DNA from: Acutalibacteraceae bacterium
GTDB lineage: Bacteria > Bacillota > Clostridia > Oscillospirales > Acutalibacteraceae
Reading direction: 5' to 3'
NCBI GenBank assembly: GCA_045542355.1
Contig: JAZQKX010000013.1
Span: 4,049 to 68,048 of the forward strand
Length of the DNA stretch: 64,000 nucleotides
The translations under genes were made by a program, and so were the position numbers. Positions 57,701 to 64,000 of the stretch are shown here, piece by piece (the stretch's first letter is position 1; each line of letters begins with the position of its first letter). The notes below the pieces were generated by a model, which was given only the letters and a program-made list of their open reading frames with translations, made no database searches and was not told where the DNA came from.

Positions 57701-58187
57701 ATTGATTTCCGCTTATAAACAGCGAAAAACTAAGCAAAATAAGATAATAGCAAATATAACTATTGAGGATATGACCGGCTCTATCGGATTAGTTGCTTTT
57801 GAATCAGTTATTAATAATTCTTATAATATATTGAAAACAGGAAATGTAGTTGTAGTTAACGGTAAAATCAGCTTTAAGGAAGATGAGGATCCAGAGATAC
57901 TTTGCAACAAAATTGAGCTATTTAATAAGGAAGATTATATCGAAGAAATTCATGAAGATAATCCTACAAAGGTCATTGAAGTAAAATCTATTTCTATTAC
58001 GATTACTAACGAAAACAAAAGCAATTCAGATAAATTGAGGTTGATTTGCGATCTGTTCCAGGGTGATATTCCTTTAAGATCTAAAAATGAAAACCAACTA
58101 ATTCTTGGCAAAATTACACTAACTGAAAACCTATTAACACTATTAATTCAATATTTTGGAGAAAATTGCATTATTATTGAAAAATAA
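54729..58187 (+). CDS. dnaE: DNA polymerase III alpha subunit (DnaE type)
   Basis: An N-terminal PHP domain (FVHLHVHTEYSLLDG), the pol IIIalpha core (PDFDVDF) and an OB fold near the C-terminus, about 1152 aa. Confidence 0.93.
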   Translation: MSFVHLHVHTEYSLLDGACRINELINSAKEDGQKAIAITDHGVMYGAVDFFKAAKNAGIKPIIGCEVYVAPRSRFDKDKLLDSRYNHLILLCKDEIGYKNLIYLVSKAFTEGFYSKPRIDKVLLSEHSEGLIALSACLAGEIPSKILQNNFDGAKAAALEYNKIFGDGNYYLELQNHGYTEEATVNNKLIQISHETGIPLVCTNDVHYVKKTDHEMQNVLLCIGTNHTVNEENPLSFDTQEFYLKTQNEMSELFSSVPEAVENSSKIANKCNFEFEFGNVKLPYFDLGNRVHSDVLREDCYNGLRNLIGENPPKEYVDRLEYELDIINKMGYTDYFLIVADFVNFAKKKAIPVGPGRGSGAGSLAAYCMGITGIDPIKLNLLFERFLNPERVSMPDFDVDFCYIRRQEVIDYVIEKYGEDHVSQIATFGTLKAKAAVRDVGRVYGISYAVCDSVAKLIPNRLGANIKEALEESKELKQKYNTDADVKRIIDMAERIEGMPRHMSTHAAGVVITDKPVSDYVPLAVSDNVVVSQYPMNNLDLLGLLKMDFLGLRNLTVIDDTVKLIGNGFKVSDIPLNDPKTMQMMASGDTTGVFQYESAGMRTVLKSLKPENMEDLIAVISLYRPGPRQYIPKYVHFRHNKDKIVYDTPLLKPILEVTYGCIVYQEQVMQIFRQVAGYSFGRADIVRRAMSKKKHDVLERERNVFLYGEKDEVGGVIIEGAVNRGVPEKIAVKLFEEITAFSSYAFNKSHAAAYAYVAYQTAYLKCHYPKEYMSSLLTSVLDFSGKVSEYLKECENMNLNILPPSINHSYGEFTCDNGGVRFGLLAIKNLGRNNINAIVNIRESEGGFKNVYDFCMKIGKSPINRRGVEALIKCGAMDCIGLTRRALMLSLDKIYNFIETERRSMGGGQISLFDNEQRLSGVENTFSNVEEFSLDELLAFEKEVTDFYISGHPVQHFAHFSDIIGAKNISDLLIAEDAETIKDGENVVILGLISAYKQRKTKQNKIIANITIEDMTGSIGLVAFESVINNSYNILKTGNVVVVNGKISFKEDEDPEILCNKIELFNKEDYIEEIHEDNPTKVIEVKSISITITNENKSNSDKLRLICDLFQGDIPLRSKNENQLILGKITLTENLLTLLIQYFGENCIIIEK

Positions 58188-58262
58188 TCTAAATTCTATT
58201 GACTTTTCCGTTTTTATTTTATATTATTATAATGTTATATTTTAAGGTATTAGGTGATAAAT

Positions 58263-59255
58263 ATGGATAGTAAAATCAAAACCATTGGTGTTCTCACAAG
58301 CGGCGGTGACGCCCCTGGAATGAATGCTGCTGTACGCGCAGTTGTTAGGACCGCTCTAAAAAGAGGAATCGACGTTTACGGAATAAATTGTGGATATAAT
58401 GGTCTAATCGAGGGCGATTTGTTTAAAATGGATATTCGCTCTGTTTCCAATATCATTCAAAACGGTGGAACTATTCTCAGCACAGCAAGAAGCGCTAAGT
58501 TTAAAACAGAAGAGGGAATGTTAGAGGCAGTTGATACCTGTAAAAAGTATGGTATTGAGGGTATTGTTGTTATAGGCGGCGATGGTTCTTATAGAGGAGC
58601 AAAGGATTTATCTCTCCACGGTATTCCTTGTGTTGGCATTCCCGGTACTATTGACAACGATATTGCTTCTACCGACGAAACAATTGGATTCGATACCGCT
58701 ATGAATACCGCTATGATAATGATTGATAGATTACGAGATACCTCACAGTCACACAATAGATGCTTTGTTATTGAGGTTATGGGCAGACATTGTGGGGATA
58801 TCGCATTAAGGACGGGTGTAGCCGTAGGAGCTACAGCTGTTTTAGTTCCCGAAGTTCCTTTTGACTTTGAACGTCAGGTAGTCGATAAAATCAAGGAAGG
58901 TATTTCATTTGGTAAAAAGCATTTTATAATTGTTGTAGCTGAGGGTGTTACAGAGTCTAATGTTGTTGGCGATATTAACGACATTGCCAATCGTATCAAA
59001 GAGACAACCGGAATTGCATCTAAAGCCACTGTTTTAGGTCATGTTCAACGTGGCGGCAGTCCTACACTTCGCGACAGAACACTTGCAAGTAATATGGGAA
59101 ATTATGCTGTTGATTTATTATGCAAAGGAATTGGAAACAGGGTTGTTTCTATAAGAAATAATGTCATAGTTGATGATGACATTGTTGAGGCTCTTAATAT
59201 GAAAAATAATTTTGACAAGCGCTTATATGATGTTAGCTATGAAATTTCTTTCTAA
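58263..59255 (+). CDS. pfkA: ATP-dependent 6-phosphofructokinase
   Basis: IGVLTSGGDAPGMNAA, GGDGS and PGTIDND motifs are present. Confidence 0.92.
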   Translation: MDSKIKTIGVLTSGGDAPGMNAAVRAVVRTALKRGIDVYGINCGYNGLIEGDLFKMDIRSVSNIIQNGGTILSTARSAKFKTEEGMLEAVDTCKKYGIEGIVVIGGDGSYRGAKDLSLHGIPCVGIPGTIDNDIASTDETIGFDTAMNTAMIMIDRLRDTSQSHNRCFVIEVMGRHCGDIALRTGVAVGATAVLVPEVPFDFERQVVDKIKEGISFGKKHFIIVVAEGVTESNVVGDINDIANRIKETTGIASKATVLGHVQRGGSPTLRDRTLASNMGNYAVDLLCKGIGNRVVSIRNNVIVDDDIVEALNMKNNFDKRLYDVSYEISF

Positions 59256-59264
59256 GTAAATTCG

Positions 59265-59292
59265 AGCAACCCAAATTTTTTTGGGTTGCTTT
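59265..59292 (+). terminator. Intrinsic terminator after pfkA
   Basis: AGCAACCCAAA / TTTGGGTTGCT, 11 bp with a TTTT loop, followed by TT. Confidence 0.7.
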
Positions 59293-59314
59293 AGTTATAT
59301 GAAAGGAGTTTACA

Positions 59315-60079
59315 ATGGGTATTGCGATAATAACAGGCGCATCCTCAGGTTTAGGTAAAGAGTTTGCACTTCAACTTAAATCAAAGGGTTTGGCCGACGA
59401 ATTCTGGCTTATAGCAAGAAGAGAAGACAGACTAAAGGATTTAGCTAATACATTAAATTGCCGTTGCAAAATCATAGTTCTTGATTTATCGAAAGAATCA
59501 TCATATAGAAAATATAAAGAGCTTTTATGCGAGAACAGTCCGTGCATTAAATATTTAGTGAATGCCGCTGGATACGGTAAATATGGCGATTATAAATTAG
59601 TTGATACAGAACTTGCTCTTAACATAATTGATCTTAATATTAAGTCACTCGTATATATTACTCAAGAGACTTTGCCATATATGAGTGAGGGGTCTCATAT
59701 TATTCAGCTTGGCTCTGCTTCCACTTATCACCCCTTGCCCAATTTAAACGTTTATGCTTCCAGCAAGGCGTTTGTAAAGCATTATTCACGTGCACTTTCT
59801 AGGGAGCTTAAGAATAGGGGAATTGGAGTAACAACTGTATGCCCCGGTTGGGTTAAAACGGAATTTTTTGCAAGAGCGGAAATTAACGATACCGCTCCGG
59901 ACTCCTTTGCAAAACCTATGGTGACTGCGGGAAAAGTAGTGAGCAAGGCTTTAAAGGATATAAAGAAGAATAAGGATATTTCTATGTATCATTGGTATAA
60001 TAAACTTCATCATTTTTTATCCAAGATATTACCGCACAGTTGGTTAATTAAAATGTGGGAGATAATGCAACAAAAATGA
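59315..60079 (+). CDS. Short-chain dehydrogenase/reductase (SDR)
   Basis: TGASSGLG cofactor motif, the YASSK catalytic motif and NAAG. Confidence 0.85.
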   Translation: MGIAIITGASSGLGKEFALQLKSKGLADEFWLIARREDRLKDLANTLNCRCKIIVLDLSKESSYRKYKELLCENSPCIKYLVNAAGYGKYGDYKLVDTELALNIIDLNIKSLVYITQETLPYMSEGSHIIQLGSASTYHPLPNLNVYASSKAFVKHYSRALSRELKNRGIGVTTVCPGWVKTEFFARAEINDTAPDSFAKPMVTAGKVVSKALKDIKKNKDISMYHWYNKLHHFLSKILPHSWLIKMWEIMQQK

Positions 60080-60176
60080 TTTTTCAACATTAATATCAGG
60101 ACGTACTAGTAGTAAGCATTTCTAGGCGGTTATATATGAGTGCGCTGGTAGTAGCATTTCTAGTAGAATTGAAGCC

Positions 60177-60219
60177 AAACAAGGTATATACAGACTTTTT
60201 GTATATACCTTGTTTCTTT
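60177..60219 (+). terminator. Strong intrinsic terminator about 100 nt downstream of the SDR stop
   Basis: AAACAAGGTATATAC (60177-60191) pairs with GTATATACCTTGTTT (60201-60215), 15 perfect bp, followed by CTTTATT. Confidence 0.8.
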
Positions 60220-60232
60220 ATTCTTCGATGTA

Positions 60233-60259
60233 ATATTAATTGCTCACTTAACATATATT
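60233..60259 (+). promoter_or_regulatory. Possible mother-cell (sigmaE-like) sporulation promoter of the SipL-like gene
   Basis: ATATT (60233-60237), a 14-nt spacer, then CATATATT (60252-60259). This resembles the ATATT-N14-CATAcAnT pattern. Weak evidence. Confidence 0.3.
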
Positions 60260-60293
60260 TTACCAATAAATATGCTAAAAGGAGCAGAGAATT

Positions 60294-61817
60294 ATGGAAT
60301 TAAATATAACTAAACAAGCTGTTACAACCAATGAAACTTTGTTCGAGCAGACTGTAGAACAAGCTATCGACACGGATTTTACTATGCCAGATTATTGTCC
60401 AGATATTGTCAGAATATTGAAGTGTAAGATGACGCCAAGAATATCATCTAAAAATATTATAGGTGACACTTTAACAATCGATGGTACCACTGTAGTTACA
60501 GTAATATATTCAGACGAAAACAATAAAATATGTAGTTTTGAAAATGAAGTAGATTTTCAGAAAATATTACCAATAGGCGAAGTTGACGATAATAGTTGTG
60601 TACGGTTATCTATTTCGCAGGATTATGCAAACTGCAGGGCTGTAACACAAAGAAAGATTGACATTCATGGCGTACTATCTGTGAAGATTAAAATCACATG
60701 CCATAAGTCCAAGGAAATCATAACCGATATTGATTGTGAGGGAATGCAGTTAAAAAGCGGTAGTTGTCCAGCAACAAATCCTCTGGGGTTCTCTGAAAAA
60801 ATTGTTGTTATTGAAGAAGACTTAGAGCTGAGTCGTAGCTCAGGTGCAATTAAATCTATATTAAGAAGTGAAGCCAGAGCGATAGTCGAGCAATGTAAGC
60901 TTATCGGAAATAAAGCTGTAGTTAAAGGCGATATCACCATTAATGCCTTATATTGCACCGATGAGGGTGCGGTTGAAAAATATGAAAACAGAATACCCTT
61001 TAATCAGATTCTTGATTTAAATGTTGAGGGTGATGAGTGTGAATGTGATGCTGAACTAAAAATCATGTCATGCATATTGAAGCCGAGAACAAATTTATCC
61101 GGTGAAGCACGTAGCTTTGCTTTCGAATGCAAACTATCTATAGTTGCGATGGCGAGTTGTGACAACGACATACCTGTAATATACGATGCGTTTTGCACTA
61201 AGCACGATATGGAAATTGAAAAATGTAGAGTACAATTCAAAAAACTTGATTCCACATTAAATGAAAGATATATGTGTAAGAAAACTTTGGAGTTTTCTGA
61301 AAATACCTTTGGAACAGTTGTAGATATGTGGTGTGAAAACAAGATTGGTCAGTCGAAAATAGTCGGCGGTAAATTATCCCTGAACGGCACAACGATTATT
61401 TGTTTACTGGTGTACGATGGTGACGGATGCCCTCAGTATTATGAAAGAAGTGTTGATTTTGAATATAACAATAATATTCAAAGTAGCGGTGAGAACTTAA
61501 TAGCGGATGCCAAAATAACAACATCTTCATGCGCCTATACTGTCATCGGTGAAAACAAAATGGAAGCGCGTATAGAACTTTGTATCTCAGCTCAGATTTT
61601 CAAAGTTAAAGACGAAAGTGTTATTATGAACTCCTCGGTCAATTCCGCGCCCACTAATCGATGTAAAAAAGCCCCTATGGTTGTTTATTATGCTCAGAGT
61701 GGCGAGAAAATATGGGATATTGCAAAAGAATATAATTCAAGCTGTAGTGACATTATGATGGTTAATAAAATTGAGGATGATGCATTAAATAAAGCTTGCA
61801 TACTACTAATTCCATAA
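60294..61817 (+). CDS. DUF3794 repeat protein with a C-terminal LysM domain (SipL / SpoVID-functional-analog-like spore morphogenesis protein)
   Basis: The N-terminal DFTMPDYCPDIVRIL pattern is typical of DUF3794. The C-terminus reads YYAQSGEKIWDIAKEYNSSCSDIMMVN, which is LysM-like. Confidence 0.7.
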   Translation: MELNITKQAVTTNETLFEQTVEQAIDTDFTMPDYCPDIVRILKCKMTPRISSKNIIGDTLTIDGTTVVTVIYSDENNKICSFENEVDFQKILPIGEVDDNSCVRLSISQDYANCRAVTQRKIDIHGVLSVKIKITCHKSKEIITDIDCEGMQLKSGSCPATNPLGFSEKIVVIEEDLELSRSSGAIKSILRSEARAIVEQCKLIGNKAVVKGDITINALYCTDEGAVEKYENRIPFNQILDLNVEGDECECDAELKIMSCILKPRTNLSGEARSFAFECKLSIVAMASCDNDIPVIYDAFCTKHDMEIEKCRVQFKKLDSTLNERYMCKKTLEFSENTFGTVVDMWCENKIGQSKIVGGKLSLNGTTIICLLVYDGDGCPQYYERSVDFEYNNNIQSSGENLIADAKITTSSCAYTVIGENKMEARIELCISAQIFKVKDESVIMNSSVNSAPTNRCKKAPMVVYYAQSGEKIWDIAKEYNSSCSDIMMVNKIEDDALNKACILLIP

Positions 61818-61884
61818 TTTAGAAATATAAAAGCATTGGCAATACGTAATGCGCCAAACGTAGTATCACTATACAGACAAAAGT

Positions 61885-61922
61885 AAAGAGAAGACTCGTT
61901 GCAATACACGAATCTTCTCTTT
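61885..61922. terminator. Hairpin terminator between the convergent SipL-like and ireB genes
   Basis: AAAGAGAAGAcTCG / CGAaTCTTCTCTTT, 13 bp plus one mismatch. Confidence 0.6.
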
Positions 61923-62057
61923 CCTGTTGTTAGTATGTTTGGGCAACTGCCCATGTTAATTTGTACGTACAAACGCGATGCTGGTTCTCGACGACGGTGG
62001 AGGTGTTTTTAAATTCTCCGTTAAGAACAACACTTATTAGCTACTGCTTTATTTTTG

Positions 62058-62303
62058 TTATGCATTAACATAGAACTTAACCATATTTTGCAACAGAACA
62101 TCTCTATCGATTTTGCGAATAAGACTTCTTGCATTGTTGTGTGTGGTGATGTAGGTAGGGTCTTCCGAAAGAATGTATCCGACTATCTGGTTAATAGGAT
62201 TATAACCTTTTTCCATTAAAGCATTGTAAACCTGAAACATTATTTCGTGAATCTCGCGCTCTTGTTCTGTTCCAAGTGAAAACGTCATAGTCTTATCATT
62301 CAT
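62058..62303 (-). CDS. ireB: IreB-family regulatory phosphoprotein (UPF0297/DUF965)
   Basis: 81 aa with [29 protein letters not shown], characteristic of UPF0297. Confidence 0.8.
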   Translation of the reverse strand: MNDKTMTFSLGTEQEREIHEIMFQVYNALMEKGYNPINQIVGYILSEDPTYITTHNNARSLIRKIDRDVLLQNMVKFYVNA

Positions 62304-62362
62304 TGCTCATCACTCCTTTATTGATATATTACTATAATTCTCCTCAAAATGCAACTATAAAT

Positions 62363-64000
62363 TTATGAACGGAGAGTTGCGCCCAAATCCTCAAGATGCT
62401 TGAAGACCTTCGTCATAACTTTTTCAACCTGTTCATCGGTAAGAGTTGCTTCCAGAGAGCGAAGAGTAAGGCTATAGGCAACACTCTTTTTGCCCTCAGG
62501 AATCTGAGCACCCTGATATACGTCGAACAAAGTTACAGCCTCACACAATGTACCAGCGCCCTTGCGGATTGCAGCATCAAGCTCACCGACAGGAAGCTCA
62601 GCATCACAAAGAAGCGCAATATCTCTTGTTACAGCGGGGAACTTAGGAAGAGGTTTATAAAGAGTAGGAGCTTTTTGATAGTCGTAAATATAGGATAGCT
62701 TAATCTCTGCAATATATACCTTTTTATCAATGCCGTATCTTTCTGCGGTTTTGGGATGAACTTCACCAAATGTAGCAATAATGTCGCCATTCATTGTAAC
62801 ATTAGCCTGTCTGCCTGGATGCAGATAATTTTCAGTTGATCTGCTGTAGCTTACTTTCATACCTAACTCTGCATACAGCTCCTCAATAATGCCTTTCATA
62901 GTGAAGAATGATTCATCATCGCCATAAATACCTATAGAAAGTTGAGGAATTTCTAAGGGTTGTTCAGTTATAGGCAGAGCCTTAGGAACGAAAATCTTGC
63001 TCAATTCAAACATTCTGACACCGCTGATTTTACGGTTGTAGTTGGTTGAAAGGGTGGTGAGCATACTTGTAATAAGCTGTGTGCGCATGGTTGAATACTC
63101 GTCACCTAAAGGATTAAGAATTTTCACAGCATTTAATCTTGAATCGTTTTCATCAAGATCAAGTGCATCTATAGCTTTTGAGCCAATGAATGAGTAGGTA
63201 GCAATTTCTCTGACGCCATTGTCAATGAGGATGTTCTTTATCTTATTTGCCTTAAGTCTCTCGGGAAGCTGTTTACCGCGTGTTACAACACCGTTCATAG
63301 GCTTTCCAATCATATGGTCATAACCGTAAATTCTTATAACTTCTTCTGCAATATCTGCACGGCCCTCGATATCATCACGGAAAGAGGGGACCATGCAATG
63401 AAGCATACCGTTGCTGAGTGTTGTGGATATTTCTAATCGGTTGAGAATGTTAACCATGGTTTCTGAGGGAATTTCAACACCTAATAATTCGCAAACGCTT
63501 TCAACCGAAACGTTCAATTCGCGGGGAGTGGGCAGCCCCCTGTTTAGGTCTATGCAACCGTCTGCAATATCACCGGCATCAAGGTCATATATTAACTGCA
63601 AGGCTCTGTTCATAGCGTACTCAACATTATTGATGTCTACACCACGTTCAAATTTGCCACTGGCTTCGGTTCTCATACCCAATGCACGTGCAGTCTTTCG
63701 GATGCTGTCGCGACGGAATTTAGCACACTCTAAGAATAAGTCTTTAGTATCTTCCTTGATTTCACTGTTGAAGCTACCCATAATACCCGCAAGACAAGAT
63801 GGAGCAACTGCATCCGCGATAACCAGCATGTCTGACTTTAAGGTGTGTTCCTTTTCATCAAGCGTCACTATCTTTTCTTGGTCATAAGCATTACGAATGA
63901 TTATCTTATCTCCCTTAACATCACGCTTATCAAAGGCATGCATTGGCATACCTGTCTCAAGCATAACAAAGTTAGTTATATCTACGATGTTATTAATAGG
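62363..64000 (-). CDS. pheT: Phenylalanine--tRNA ligase beta subunit (5'-truncated by the window edge)
   Basis: The reading frame stays open to nt 64000 (PINNIVDITNFVMLETGMPMHAFD, B3/4 domain). The B5, catalytic-like and FDX-ACB C-terminal domains follow, with the stop at 62363. Confidence 0.9.
   Translation of the reverse strand, partial: PINNIVDITNFVMLETGMPMHAFDKRDVKGDKIIIRNAYDQEKIVTLDEKEHTLKSDMLVIADAVAPSCLAGIMGSFNSEIKEDTKDLFLECAKFRRDSIRKTARALGMRTEASGKFERGVDINNVEYAMNRALQLIYDLDAGDIADGCIDLNRGLPTPRELNVSVESVCELLGVEIPSETMVNILNRLEISTTLSNGMLHCMVPSFRDDIEGRADIAEEVIRIYGYDHMIGKPMNGVVTRGKQLPERLKANKIKNILIDNGVREIATYSFIGSKAIDALDLDENDSRLNAVKILNPLGDEYSTMRTQLITSMLTTLSTNYNRKISGVRMFELSKIFVPKALPITEQPLEIPQLSIGIYGDDESFFTMKGIIEELYAELGMKVSYSRSTENYLHPGRQANVTMNGDIIATFGEVHPKTAERYGIDKKVYIAEIKLSYIYDYQKAPTLYKPLPKFPAVTRDIALLCDAELPVGELDAAIRKGAGTLCEAVTLFDVYQGAQIPEGKKSVAYSLTLRSLEATLTDEQVEKVMTKVFKHLEDLGATLRS

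Noticed and set aside
63411-63887. 158-aa plus-strand ORF inside pheT (also 62396-62698)
   Set aside because: It is antisense to the well-conserved PheT B3/4-B5 domains, so it is a shadow ORF.

Overview
This window looks like a core chromosomal segment of a low-G+C Firmicute. Gene content and the SipL-like, SpoVB/MurJ-like and GlpP genes suggest a Clostridia-type, probably spore-forming organism. I can support about 64 CDSs, 2 tRNAs, and a set of sigmaA-type promoters and intrinsic terminators.

Gene content, in order:
- CUT2/BMP-type ABC transporter, an FAD protein, and two tandem G3E (CobW-like) GTPases.
- CIRCE-controlled htpG, trmO and tRNA-Arg(UCU).
- Sugar nucleotidyltransferase, then typA, a DEDDh exonuclease and a PflX-like radical SAM gene.
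- guaB, then glpP plus a GlpA-like three-gene set.
- The rplS-lepB-rbgA-rnhB-yraN block.
- tig-clpP-clpX, with a type III glutamine synthetase convergent on the minus strand.
- The ylxM-ffh-rpsP-KH-rimM-trmD block, then ptsH and tRNA-Pro(GGG).
- Malic enzyme, a solitary mazF, pcrA and ybaK.
- A GT2 glycosyltransferase, an EamA transporter, murI, DUF1934 and argS.
- ychF, then hprK-glk-murB-rapZ-whiA-dnaE-pfkA.
- An SDR, a SipL-like DUF3794/LysM protein, ireB and pheT (truncated by the window edge).

I found no convincing novel multi-gene protein system such as a defence island, prophage or CRISPR array.

The most unusual feature is the non-coding locus 3' of tRNA-Arg (10.37-10.93 kb). It has three parts:
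- a roughly 70% G+C, 155-nt island with several strong helices and a possible pseudoknot;
- a dyad-symmetric array of four AGTGATATT and four AATATMACT boxes, with exact 25-bp phasing in the forward half and small variable hairpins between boxes;
- a second copy of the tRNA terminator whose two arms are split by 343 nt containing that array.

Secondary points worth a look:
- an orphan mazF with no antitoxin ORF;
- a CobW-like protein with 37 His and 11 Cys in a 73-aa tract, built from 45-bp tandem repeats, next to a divergent second G3E protein;
- CIRCE in front of htpG;
- a roughly 95-aa Lys/Ala/Thr/Ser-rich tail on trigger factor;
- rapZ directly adjacent to whiA with no yvcK.

All product calls rest on reading the supplied ORF translations for family motifs. 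No database search or RNA-model scan could be run.
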